This document shows positions 43,531 through 57,167 of a stretch of 64,000 nt of DNA, one piece after another; position 1 is the stretch's first letter; every line of letters begins with the position of its first letter. The stretch covers positions 14,880,001-14,944,000 of the forward strand of contig OZ024756.1 in NCBI GenBank assembly GCA_964016885.1. The letters run 5' to 3'. The notes under the pieces are model-generated. The model saw nothing but the letters and a program-made list of their open reading frames with translations. It had not been told where the DNA came from and ran no database searches. This stretch comes from Eledone cirrhosa (lineage: Eukaryota). The position numbers and the translations under genes were made by a program.

Positions 43531-43715
43531 TACAGTGAAATTCCGTTATAACGAAATTCACGGAGTATAAAAAATTCGTTGTAACGAAAAATTCTTTATA
43601 ACGAGATCGACCAAAACAAATCCAGTGTTTGTTATTACTTCGGGGATTGAAAAAACTTTCGTTATACTGAAAAATTCGTTATAATGGTATTCGTTATAAC
43701 GGAATTTTACCTGTA
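43531..43715. mobile_element. Tigger-like MITE
   Basis: TA-CAGTGAAATTCCGTTATAACGAA...TTCGTTATAACGGAATTTTACCTG-TA. Confidence 0.8.
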
Positions 43716-44641
43716 TACAAAGAAAAAAATACATACGTGCAAATGAAATTCTTTTTCTCCTGTTAAAGTATTGGTATTTCGGAAGAAATTGTTATCTGGT
43801 ATAATCGTATCGAAGAATATTGTGGAGAAAGTTCCATTACAGAACGTAACCGATTCTGGTAAATTGAATTCGAAATTTGATTAAAACCGATGGAAATTTG
43901 AATAGAGAAAGATTTCCAATAAATATAATAATAAATATAAACTCTGCCCTCAGGAATCCGGTTTGATTGGAAAAATAAAAATTCCATATTTCGAAGTAAC
44001 AATATTAAGAATCTATTTGCAATTCATAGGAAAAGAAAAAGAAGGAAGAAAGAGAAAAAAATGGTGATTTTTAAACAAAAGTGACTGATAAATTTCTTAG
44101 ATTTGCAGCTAAGAACCAATCAATTTATTTTTCTTTAGAATGCAGAAACAATTATAACTAGGTACATATACTCTGGAAATATTTCTAGGTTCTTGAAATA
44201 TTGTACTGACGAGATATTGTGAAAAAAGAAAAAAAAGACAGGACAGGACGAAAATAAGAAATAAACCAACGAAATTGCAACATTCTTTTTTTTTTAAAGA
44301 AGATTTAGCAGAAAAGAGGGTTTTTACAATACAACACCTTGGGCCAAATGTCTTGTACAATAGTCCCGGGTGGGACACTGAACAATCATGTCTATATGAT
44401 TAACCGAAATTGTGTTGACCTCCAACGGAAATATGACGATAATAGGATATTCCCCTTTTACCAATTTTCCGCTCTACTCAGATTCTGACTCACACACACA
44501 CATTATATATATATAATGTAGGAGGTGAGTTTTATTGTAGCACAATAAAGCAATGCAAATATCGGATAAGTAGCACTCAACAGTTTATAGGAATGGAGTA
44601 TAAATAATATAAAATCAAAAGATGGTTAAAAGAGTTCCATG

Positions 44642-44712
44642 TATTTTATTATGCGCATTTCAAAAACAAATATCATCATGGGAAAATATTTGCGTTCTCA
44701 TCAGATAAAATA
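44642..44712 (-). ncRNA. Type I hammerhead motif (same family as 42825)
   Basis: tattttat-CTGATGA-gaacgcaaatat/atatttgttttt-GAAA-TGCGCA-TA-ataaaata. Confidence 0.85.
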
Positions 44713-44860
44713 GGGAGACATGATATGAAGCTTAAAAAACACTTAAATCAACATATATATTTATATATGTTGATTTAACACTTCACTTATATATATATAT
44801 ATATATATATTGAAAGAGTGGAGAATAACATGGTCAACAGTACAAAAAAGGTTTTTATTT

Positions 44861-44974
44861 ACAGTCTAATAATTGTTTCACGGATTAAGTTGTCTAAAAA
44901 TTGCTGAACACTTGAAGCTGTGCCACTCAATTTTAAATACGTTGTTAGCTTAACCAGATCATCAGAGAAACTGT
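44861..44974 (-). ncRNA. Hammerhead-like motif with a 79-nt stem II domain
   Basis: acagtttct-CTGATGA-tctggttaag...cttaatccgt-GAAA-CAATTA-TT-agactgt; sister copy near 58902 has CAATTG. Confidence 0.6.
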
Positions 44975-45055
44975 TTCTCTGAAAAGGCCCAAATAACAGG
45001 ATGGTACTATGTGATGCGGATGGAACAGATGGGATATTTTGGAACACACAAGAGA

Positions 45056-45149
45056 GACATATCTGAGGAAACTTCGAATGCAGAGTCAGGTTCGATCTGT
45101 AACAGAACCTGCCCCGAGCTGATCGATGGAGAAACATATGTAATATGTT
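45056..45149 (+). ncRNA. Hammerhead motif with a 61-nt stem II domain (related to 42544)
   Basis: gacatat-CTGAGGA-(CAGGTTC/GAACCTG helix)-GAAA-CATATG-TA-atatgtt, then AATAAA. Confidence 0.75.
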
Positions 45150-45371
45150 AATAAACAGTAGTTTGATGCATTACCGATTCCTCGTTATCTATAATATATA
45201 TATAAATGTAATCTGAGTTTTTCGAATATTAATAATAACATTCGATTCGTTTGCAATTATGCAAACAAGCCTCAAGAATGAGGGTCTCAGTCTACTGACA
45301 TGGCTTTAAAAATGAGGCTTGTTTGCATAATTGCAAATAATCAGGAAACTGCAATAATCAGGAAACCTGGT

Positions 45372-45422
45372 GGTTTCCTGATTATTTCTCCCGAATGAAA
45401 CAGTTCTAGTCCTGTAGAAGCC
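45372..45422 (+). ncRNA. Hammerhead motif with G8>U, probably inactive
   Basis: ggtttc-CTGATTA-tttc/gaat-GAAA-CAG..CTG-TA-gaagcc; homolog of 48333-48381. Confidence 0.55.
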
Positions 45423-45444
45423 TTTCTATATTAAATATTTATAC

Positions 45445-45504
<60 letters not shown>

Positions 45505-45689
45505 TGACCTGTTAGCGACTACGAAAGCGGGCGGAAACTACCGAAGTCGTTGTTTATGATTTACATAGTAAGCTATGTACCTAAGACGAAGGTAGGCTGT
45601 AAATAAAATAAGAATTTAAAAAAATAGTAATAATAAGTTAACCATAATATACAGTTGTACTTAAGTACCATAATTATAAATCATCGTCT

Positions 45690-45806
45690 AAGTTCAAATC
45701 TCGCCGAGGTTAACTTTGCCTTTCATCCTTACGGGGTCGATAAAATAAAGTACCAGTAATACACTGTGATAATTGCTGGCCTTGTGCCAAAAGTAGAAAC
45801 AATTAT
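45690..45806 (+). mobile_element. 5'-truncated SINE family A
   Basis: B-box through the 3' end matches family A. Confidence 0.8.
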
Positions 45807-46470
45807 TATAACCATATAAGTTTGGTTGGCTGGGCACATACATGAGTGCATATAAACATACACACAGATTCATTACATACATATAAATACATGTACATTC
45901 ACACACATACATGAGAGCATACATACATGCACACGCATACATATATGTGTGCGTATGTGAGAGTAGATGTGTGTGCATGTACGTGTGTGAGTGTACGTGT
46001 GTGTGAGTGTACGTGTGTGTGAGTGTATGTGTGATCATTTTTATTTTCATTTGGATTAAAACAATAAGGACGTCACATTTTGTATATGAAGATGTATGTG
46101 TCTGTGAGTGTGTGTGTGTGTGTTTGCGCGTTCATTAGGTACGTTATTAAATACACACACACATCTACACATACATGAATTACACAATGAATATTGTTTA
46201 CCCTAAGGTGCTTCATATATATACATATATATTCATATATATACATATATATATATACATAAACATATACATACATATACATATATATCTATGCATACAT
46301 TTACATATATATATATACATACATTTACATACATATATATACATACATTTACATACATATATATATACATATACACATATATATATACATATACATATAC
46401 ATATACATACATATATATATATATACATACATTTACATACATATATATACATATACACATATAGACATAC

Positions 46471-46527
<57 letters not shown>

Positions 46528-46811
46528 ATATATATGTGTGTGTATATATATGTGTATATATATATGTGTGTATACATTTATATAAATGTAACATATATGT
46601 TTATATGGAAGATGCTTATGTTGTGTGCACATATGTGTGTTTAAGCATATGTTACATATGTATAGATATATAACTGCGAGACATGTACAAGAATAATCTG
46701 TTATATACACCCTCCTATATACACCCTCCTATATACACTGCTTTATATAACCAACAGAGAAAGGAAGGAGGATTTGTATTGATCGAGTTTGTTAGTGGGT
46801 TAACCCATTAG

Positions 46812-47463
46812 CATTTACATTACTCTATATATACTATTGTATTTTCACAGTAAAGGCTTTACCTCACATAATATCTCACATATCATTTACATTACTCTAT
46901 ATATACTATTGTATTTTCATGGTAAAGGCTTTACCTCACATAATATCTCACATAACATTTACATTACTCTATATATACTATTGTATTTTCACAGTAAAGG
47001 CTTTACCTCACATAATATCTCACATATCATTTACATTACTCTATATATACTATTGTATTTTCACAGTAAAGGCTTTACCTCACATAATATCTCACATAAC
47101 ATTCACATTACTCTATATATACTATTGTATTTTCATGGTAAAGGCATTATCTCACATAATATCTCACATAACATTCACATTACTCTATATATACTATTAT
47201 ATTTTCACAGTAAAGGCTTTACCTCACATAATATCTCACATAACATTCACATTACTCTATATATACTATTATATTTTCATGGTAAAGGCATTATCTCACA
47301 TAATATCTCATATAGCATTTACATTACTTTATATATACTATTGAAGTTTAACAGTAAATGCTTTACCTCACATAATATCTCACATAACATTTACATTACT
47401 CTATATATACTATTATATGTTCATGGTAAAGGCTTTACTTCACATAATATCTCACATAATATC
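46812..47463 (+). repeat. 72-bp tandem repeat, about 9 units
   Basis: Unit catttacattactctatatatactattgtattttcacagtaaaggctttacctcacataatatctcacata(t/a). Confidence 0.95.
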
Positions 47464-47933
47464 GAATCTATGAGGTTTTGAAAGTATTTATTTTGAGAAC
47501 AATACCTTAACATCAGTATGAGTGGCCAGTTACAGCCAGTTTCAACAGAAAGAGGTAGAGAATTCTGGGCGGTTTTGGGTGATTTAAACATTAAAGGATT
47601 AACGTAATCTCATTTTAACTCTTGCTCCCCTTCTCACCGTCTCTCTCTGTTACACACAGTCTCTCTCTCTCTCTCTCTATTACATACTGTCACTCTCTCT
47701 CTCTCTCTCTCTCTCTCTTTATTACACAGTCACTCTCTATTACACACACACTCTCTCTCTCTCTCTCTCTATCAATCTATCTCTCTATCCGCCATTATAT
47801 CATTAAAACTTCCATCTTTCTACATATTACTTCCTCCCTTTACACCCAGCCACATCTTCAATCCTATGGCTATATGGATGTCTTCACACCTCCTTCTAAC
47901 ATACACGCCCTCTCTCTCTTTATATATATATGT

Positions 47934-48272
47934 TGCCGAAAATTATAGAGGCTGGATTCTTATAGAATTCCAGTATTAATCCTATTTTTTTATTTTTGCT
48001 GGACCGGCAATCGCTCTGTATAATCAGTTCCTGATTATTACTGGAATTCTATAAGAATCCAGACTCTATAATTTTCGGCAGAGGCGGGTAGTACGTTGCT
48101 CTGAGGATCACCAACAGTGTGAAACAGAATCTGTCAGCTTCTCTCCCTTCCTTTTCGAAAAAAGAAGTAAGTGACATAGTCACTACTTTAAAAATGATAG
48201 CGCAAGGTCTTCAAAATGTTTTTAAATAAACATACGGTGTATTGCCAAATATACTATACATACATTCATATA
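47934..48272 (+). mobile_element. HHR-bearing non-coding element with an inverted 5' segment, in (TA)n
   Basis: 47934-47981 is inverted at 48033-48080; homologous to 3521-3840. Confidence 0.75.
48098..48138 (+). ncRNA. Type I hammerhead motif
   Basis: gct-CTGAGGA-tCAC-caaca-GTGt-GAAA-CAGAATCTG-TC-agc. Confidence 0.75.
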
Positions 48273-48332
48273 TATATATATATACCAACTATATATATAT
48301 ATATATCTATATACACATTTAATATAGAAAAG

Positions 48333-48381
48333 GCTTCTACAGAACTAGAACTGTTTCATTCGTGAGAAATCATCAGGAAGC
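48333..48381 (-). ncRNA. Type I hammerhead motif
   Basis: gcttc-CTGATGA-tTTC-tcac-GAAt-GAAA-CAG-ttctagtt-CTG-TA-gaagc. Confidence 0.75.
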
Positions 48382-49004
48382 TGACCGTCCAAGTAATACT
48401 GTGGTATTTATATCTTTTCTGGTGGTGGGAGAGGGTGGTGATTGGGGTGGGTGGAGGTCATTGGTGGATGGGTTTAAAGAAAAGGGAATTCTTTAAAAAC
48501 TATATTTAGAGTAACAAAGGATGCTATAAACAAGTTCACGCTGGAGTGCCACTCCTGATTTTTAAGGTTCACTTAAGCTAACAATGCCTATGGCCAAGTG
48601 TCTACAAACACATTCACACACACACATACATATAAAGCCTTCACTCCCACACACTCGCAAAAGCACACATTCTTCTACCTATATATATATATATACATAC
48701 ACATATATATATATATATATATATACCTATATATACATATACATACACACATACATACACATCTATATATATATACATATATACACACATACATACACAC
48801 ACATATATCATCATCATCATCATTTCATTTTAATCCGTTTTTCCCTACTTGCAAGGGTGGGACGGGAACTGATTCTGGCTTGATTTCTACAGCTGGATGC
48901 CCTTCCTAACACCAACCTCATTTACAGTGAGTGCTGGGTGCTTTTTGCCGTGGAACCTCCACGACCACTTCACAGTGGAATGATAGGGAACCCCAGTCCC
49001 TATC

Positions 49005-49148
49005 ATCTCATTTCTACAGCTGAGTAAACTGGAGCAATGTGAAATAAAGTGTCTTGCTCAAGGAAACAACACATCACCCGGTCTGAGAATTGAACTCACA
49101 ACCTTTTGATTGCAGGGCCAATGCTCTAACCATTAAGTCATGTGCCTC
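49005..49148 (-). mobile_element. CORE-like SINE family B
   Basis: Reverse complement of 1677-1820. Confidence 0.8.
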
Positions 49149-49435
49149 CATATATAAATACATCTATATATACACATATAAACACGTACATACATATATA
49201 TATATAAATATTTATATACACACATACATATATATATATATGTGTATATATGTGTATATATGTATACACATATACATATATATATACATATATATACATA
49301 CATATGTATACACATATACATATATATATATATACATATATATATACATATATATACATACATATATATATATACACATATACATACACATATACATATA
49401 CATATATTTACATACATATATATAGATATATATAT

Positions 49436-49476
<41 letters not shown>

Positions 49477-49565
49477 CATATATATATATATATATATACA
49501 CATACATATATATATACATATATATACACATACATATATATATACATATATATATACATATACAC

Positions 49566-49596
<31 letters not shown>

Positions 49597-49955
49597 CATA
49601 TACACACACATATATATATATATACATACATATATATACATATATATACACACATATATATACATACATATATATACATATATATACACACATATATATA
49701 CATATATATACATATAGACACACATATATATATACATACATATATATACATATATATATATATAAATATATATACATATATATACATACATATATATACA
49801 TATATATATATATACATATACACACATACATATATATATATACATACACACATACATATATATATACATATATAAATATATATATATATACACACACACA
49901 TACATATATATATATACATATATATATATACACATATATATATACATATACACAC

Positions 49956-49988
<33 letters not shown>

Positions 49989-50684
49989 CATATACACACA
50001 TACATATATATACACATATATATATACATATACACACATACATATATATATACATATACACACATACATATATATATATACATATACACACATACATATA
50101 TATATATACATATACACACATACATATATATACACACATATATATATATATATACATATACACACATACATATATATATACATATACACACATACATATA
50201 TATATACATATACACACATACATATATATACACACATACATATATATACACACATATATATATATAAACACATACATATATATATACACACATATATATA
50301 TACATATAAACACAAATATATATACACATATACATATATATATACATATAAACACATAGATATATATACACATATACATATACATATACACACATATACA
50401 TATATATATATACATATATATACATATACACACATGCATATATATATATACATATAAATATACATATACACACATACATATATACATATATATATACATA
50501 TATACATACATATATATATATACATATACACACATACATCATATATATAGACATATATATATAGACATATACACACATACATACATATATATATACATAT
50601 ATATATACATACATATACACACATATATATATACATATATATATATACACATATATATATACACACATACATATATATATATAT

Positions 50685-50725
<41 letters not shown>

Positions 50726-51186
50726 TATATATATATATACATATACACACATACATACATATATATATACATATACACACATACATACATATATATTTAC
50801 ATATACACACATACATACATATATATTTACATATACACACATACATACATACATATATATATATACATATACACACATACGTACATATATATATATATAT
50901 ATACATATACACACATACATACATATATATATATATATACATATACACACATACATACATATATATATATATACATATACACACATACATACATATATAT
51001 ATATATACATATACACACATACATACATATATATATACATACATACATATACACACATATATATACATATATATATATATATACACACATACATATATAT
51101 ATATATATATACATACATACATACATATATATATATACATACATACATATACACACATATATATACATATATATATATATACACAC

Positions 51187-51798
51187 ATGGTGGCTGCCAA
51201 CTCGTTTTCGAGTACGGCCACCACTTTATATCCATGTAGGAGAACCCCTACCGATGCGCTAAACAAGTGTGACTTTTTAGTCCAGCCAGTGACTTGAAAA
51301 CTCTGGTACAAACACTACACTTGTGACAATTATTGACACACATAGTGCTGGGCCCATGGTACCATGTGACGACAAGTTCAGGGAGATCTCCAGATATAAA
51401 GCAATGCCTGTGCCGTGAAGCTTTTATAGTGAGCAAAGGCACTGCACAAAGCCAGTCCCACTCTCTTAACCAAGATAATATTTACCAAAAAGAAGAACAA
51501 GTCAACATCATTGGATACCATCAGGGTTGCAGGTGTTATATCAGAGTTTTCCTTCTCCTAGAATTCTGCCTTGACAAAGGCTAAGGGGTCATCTCTCCCA
51601 GTGATTTGGGATGGCCATTGACTCTAAAGAGCTCCTTTGCCCTTTGACAGGTTTTGTTTTTAGTCCTGCAGGATGTCCAAAGTCACCCTCCTCACCAAGA
51701 AACCTTGGTGGGGTTGCCAGTTTAGTCGCCAACGACCCGACCATGGGACAGGTTGTACTGGGATACATGTTACCAGTAGCACCAACTGGTGACCTGAC
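51187..51798 (-). mobile_element. Bipartite non-autonomous RTE-derived element
   Basis: Homologous to 35232-36241 and 23941-24228. Confidence 0.7.
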
Positions 51799-51848
51799 AC
51801 ATACATATATATATATACACATACATACATATATATATATACACATAC

Positions 51849-51881
<33 letters not shown>

Positions 51882-52140
51882 CACATACATACATATATAG
51901 ATATACATATATATACATATATATACATATACACACATACATATATATATATATATACACACACATACATACATATATATATATATATATACACACACAT
52001 ACATACATATACATATATATATATATACACACATACATATATATATATACATATATATATATATACACACATACATACATATACATATATATATATATAT
52101 ATACACACATACATACATATACATATATATATATATATAT

Positions 52141-52188
<48 letters not shown>

Positions 52189-52224
52189 ATACATATATAT
52201 ATATACATATACACACATACATAC

Positions 52225-52268
<44 letters not shown>

Positions 52269-52375
52269 ATACATATATATATACATATATATATATACAT
52301 ACATATACACACATACATATATATGTACATATATATATATACATATACACACATACATGCATATATATATATACA

Positions 52376-52800
52376 TATATTAATAAAAGGAATTCCAACT
52401 TTGTCTGATTTACTCGTTTTATTTACAAACCTTTAAAATATATAATGGTATTATAATGAAATAGTATGGTAGAATATTAAATGTTAAGTGTTAATTGAAC
52501 AAGTACTTTCATGCTTTCGCAATCTTCAGGTTCATAATGTGTGGTGACAGTCAAGTTTGCAATTTTCAACTGTTGAAAATTGCAAACTTGACTGTCACCA
52601 CAGATTGACTGTCACCTGAAGATTGCGAAAGCATGAAAGTACTTGTTCAATTAACACTTAACATTTAATATTCTACCATACTATTTCATTATAATACCAT
52701 TATATATTTTAAAGGTTTGTAAATAAAACGAGTAAATCAGACAAAGTTGGAATTCCTTTTATTAATATAATCTTCTATACACAATCATACACACCCGTGT
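52376..52800. mobile_element. Palindrome (centre 52571, arms about 195 bp) plus ~30-bp tail
   Basis: 52376-52570 versus 52572-52769, with a small rearrangement at 52603-52615. Confidence 0.9.
52496..52534 (-). ncRNA. Minimal hammerhead motif; the plus-arm copy at 52616-52649 has a disrupted stem I
   Basis: tgaac-CTGAAGA-tTGC-gaaa-GCAt-GAAA-GTAC-TT-gttca. Confidence 0.7.
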
Positions 52801-52924
52801 ATATTTATCTATCTATATACATATATATATATATATATACACACATACATACATATATATATACATATATATATATACATATACACACATACATACATAT
52901 ATATATATACATATATATATATAT

Positions 52925-52955
<31 letters not shown>

Positions 52956-53014
52956 CACACATACATACATATATATATACATATATATATATATACATAT
53001 ACACACATACATAC

Positions 53015-53045
<31 letters not shown>

Positions 53046-53529
53046 CATATACACACATACATACATATATATATACACATATATATATACATATACACAC
53101 ATACATACATATATATATACACATACATATATATATATACATATACACACATACATACATATATATATACACATATATATATACATATACACACATACAT
53201 ACATATATATATACACATACATATATACATATACACACATACATACATATATATATATACATATATATATATATACACACATACATACATATATATATAC
53301 ATATATACATATATACACACATACATACATATATATATACATATATACATATACACACATACATATATATATATATATACACACATATATATATATATAC
53401 ATATACACACATACATACATATATATATACATATATACATATACACACATACATATATATATATATATACACACACATATATATATATATACATATACAC
53501 ACATACATACATATATATATATACATATT

Positions 53530-56110
53530 ATATACTTTGATAGGTTTCAGCCAGTATAGGCCCAGGCCATGTCTAACTTAATAGCACCACCTGGCGAAGT
53601 CTTACAAATCAGTGTTTGGGCACCATGGCCCACTCGACCAGAGTTATTGTTTACGGAGGCATATCCGGGGTCTGTCTCTGCTTTGATGTGTTTTGGTGTA
53701 ATGTTAAAGAGTGCAGGGCCAATTGAGGTGAAATAATTGTGCCGTATTGTTGTTATGTGATGCGAGTGGGATTTTTGTCCTGGGCGGATAGCACGAGGCC
53801 CAAGCCTTGGGTATACACTAAAGGTGATGCCAACATCATTTGAGCTAAGCTGATGGAATATTTTCCATATTATACAGATAATGTAGCGCTGGCGGCGACG
53901 TTGAAGAGAATAAAGTTTGAGCTTTTCTAATCGACTCCAATAGTCAAGGCCTGTCATGCCAACTATCTTTTTTGTAATTGACCTTTGGGCTGCTTCAACT
54001 TTCATGATACTTTGTTTCGTGTGGGGTGACCACAGTGGACAACAGTATTCAAGGTGGAGTCGGGCAAAAGTGGAGAAGAGAAGGACAACAGTGTGGATAT
54101 CTCTCGACTGGAAAGTTCTGAGAATCCAGGAACACATTCTGCGGGCCATATCAAATGTGCTTGTTTATATGAGTGGCCCAGCTTATATTGTTGTCCACGA
54201 TTACACCCAGGTCTCTGGTGTTATTGGAAGCCACTAGAGTTTCACCCGAAGGAAGAGAGTATGGTAGTTTCGGGGCATCCTTTTTTCCAAAGTGGATTAG
54301 TTCAAATTTATCCTCATTCAACAGCATATTATTCATCTCTGCCCATTGGATAACAGCCAGTAGGTCTGACTGAAGGCAAGTCCGGTCACCCACCTCATTG
54401 ATGACCCTTTGGAGCTTGGAATCATCTGCGAAGATTCTGATGTTGCTGTGTTTGATGATGTCAGTAATGTCATTAATGTAGATGATGAAAAGAAGTGGGC
54501 CCAACACAGTGCCTTGTGGGACGCCTCTGCTGACTTTGGCAGGGCTTGATTTTACTCCTTCGACTACAACATGTTGGGTTCTGTCTGCCAGGAAACATTT
54601 GATCCACTGTAGTAACCTTCCAGAGACACCAATATTGGATAGTTTTTTCAGTAGAATCTTATGCTCAACCCTGTTGAAGGCCTTGCTGAAATAAAGGTAG
54701 ATGACATCAGTGTTGGAACCCTCTCCCAAGGCTCTCAAAACATCGTCAAAGTGATGCAGGAGCTGCGTTAGGCATTCGCTTCCATTACGGAATCCATGTT
54801 GGTTGGAGTTCAGCAGACCGTTGCTTTCAAGAAAGTGGGTTATTCGTGATCTCACCACCCTCTGGAATACCTTGATGATATGAGAGGTGAGTGAGATCGG
54901 ACGTTAGTTCACTGCAAGGGACTTATTTCCCTTTTTGAAGACTGGGACAACGGACTGGGACAGAAAGTTTTCAGGAATATAGCCAGTGTCCAGTGAGTTC
55001 CTCCACGGATTAGCAAGAGGACTTGCAAGTTGGTGTCGACACACCTTCAGGACACAAGCAGGGAACGTGACGGGGCCTACTGCTGAATTGTGTTTAATTT
55101 CGTTTATTGCCGCTAAGACCTCAGGGGCGCCAAACGTTATTTCTGATATAGTGTGTTGGGGGTTAATATCACTGATACGGCCCAGATCGGCCATATCAGG
55201 GTTGCTGAAAACAGAGCAGTATTGTTTCTGCAGTATCTCGCCCATGGTTTTGGCGTTGTCCTGGAGTGTGCCATTTTCATCAACTAGGGGCCAACAGTGG
55301 AGACGGTGACCTTGTGTTTTTTAGCGAATGAGGAGAACACTTTGGGGTTGAGTTTGATTTTCTCAATGGCCCACCTCTCCTCAGCTATTCTCTGGTTATT
55401 GATGATGGTCATCGTGCATTGCTGGAGGTTATATTTTTTTTACTCAAGCAGGGTGATAGCCATTGAATGTATATGTTGTTGTTGGCAGTATTTTAGTGTG
55501 TTAATTTTTTTATTTGTTCTTTTTATTTTTCTGATAATTGTTTTTTCTGTTTTGGGGGATACTGCACTTGGTTTTGTTCACAGGTTTTGGTGGGGTGTGT
55601 TTTGTACATATATTTGTGACAGTGTCTACAAAGATATGCCAACATGTTTTGATGTTGGTGGAAGTGTGTGCGTGTGTAAAAGACCAGTCGACATGTGATA
55701 GTTCGTTCATAATTACATCCCAGTTGGCATTGTGGAGATCCATGTTATCAAATGGGTGGGCTGGAGAGAGAACCCTGGGATTAGCTTTCGGCTGGTGGAA
55801 TCTCAGGTTACAAAGAACCATGTCATGGTCTGAGAGAAGGGTTTTTCCACTGTAATATTATGTATAGTGTTAGTGTGGTTACTAAACACTAGATCCAGAA
55901 TGTTCTTCTGATGCCTCGTTGGTGCAAGGACAAGTTGGGACAAGAAAAACTCATTCATGAAGTCAAGAAGTGACTCGACAGCCTCTTTGTCAGTGGTTGA
56001 GGCTGTGGAGCCTGGTTTCAAACTACATGTAGACCAATCGACACAGGGTAGATTAAAGTCTCCCATCAAAAGTATGTTGCTAGAATGGCACTGTTTGATA
56101 AAGCATTTAA
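53530..56110 (-). mobile_element. CR1/L2-group LINE ORF2 (APE + RT), 5'-truncated, with frameshifts and deletions
   Basis: MGDFNLP, PTR..NILDLVF (APE); QHGFR, GVPQGTVLGPLLFIIYIND, FADD, RDLGV, LEYCCPLWSP (RT and downstream). Confidence 0.92.
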
Positions 56111-56113
56111 TAC

Positions 56114-56144
<31 letters not shown>

Positions 56145-56157
56145 TATATATATACAC

Positions 56158-56188
<31 letters not shown>

Positions 56189-56273
56189 CATATATGATGG
56201 CTTCCCCCTCGTTATCGAGTATGGCCATTGCACGAGGAGAAAAAAAATTAATAAATAAATAAAAAAGAAAATA

Positions 56274-56330
<57 letters not shown>

Positions 56331-56518
56331 CACACACATATATATACACACACACATATACATTAATAACAATAATTATAATAATAATGACAACAATAAT
56401 AATAACGACAACAACAATAATAATATACATATACACATACACGCGCACACAAACATATCTATACACACACGCACACACATAAACATATCTATACACACAC
56501 ACACACACGCGATAGCAA

Positions 56519-57078
56519 CTAACAGCGCTGCGATCGAATGTGGCTTTTTAGCCCAGCCAATGATCTAAAATGTCTTGCACAGAGTCGGCAACCAAAACAT
56601 TCACTGGGAATAGTCGGCTGTGGTTGGAGTTCGTGTACTTTTGCATGTCGCTTGAGCCCTCCTGCTGATTTACATTCTCTACCACATCCTTGGCAAGCAT
56701 GATGAGTAGCATCTCCAACAGCAGCCTGGTAGTCAACCACTGGTCTTACTTTATGACTGCGAATATGACTTTCGAGTCCAGCTTTGCTGAGGCAGAGTCT
56801 CGCACAGACGCTGCATGTCAGCACCATAAGAGGTCCCTCGTCGTCTGGAAGTGCAACAGCAATGCCCTTCCTCCGCTTACTTTCTCGTATGCGATTAGAG
56901 ATGCCTCAAAGGCAACTTTTCCCTCATATACAGTCTTTCTCCATTTATTACGATCAGCAGCAACATTTTCCCATGTATCAGCAGAGATGTTAGCGTCTTT
57001 CAGAGAGGCTTTCAAGGAATCCTTATACCTCTTTTATGGTTTATGTGGCGGTCGTTTTCCTTTAACCAACTCTCCATA
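56519..57078 (-). pseudogene. RTE LINE C-terminus with three C2H2 zinc fingers
   Basis: YGELVKGKRP..KRYKDSLKASL..WENVAADRNKWR; CSVC..H..H, CQGC..H..H, CRLC..H. Confidence 0.8.
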
Positions 57079-57103
57079 TACATATATATATACATATAAT
57101 ACA

Positions 57104-57137
<34 letters not shown>

Positions 57138-57167
57138 CATATATACATATATATATACATACATACA

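Larger units (their letters stand above)
49150..53530. repeat. (TA)/(CA) microsatellite fields with embedded elements
   Basis: Direct reading. Confidence 0.95.

Noticed and set aside
56519-56827. Host C2H2 zinc-finger gene
   Set aside because: Fingers follow an RTE C-terminal region directly, lack TGEKP linkers, and the frame is disrupted
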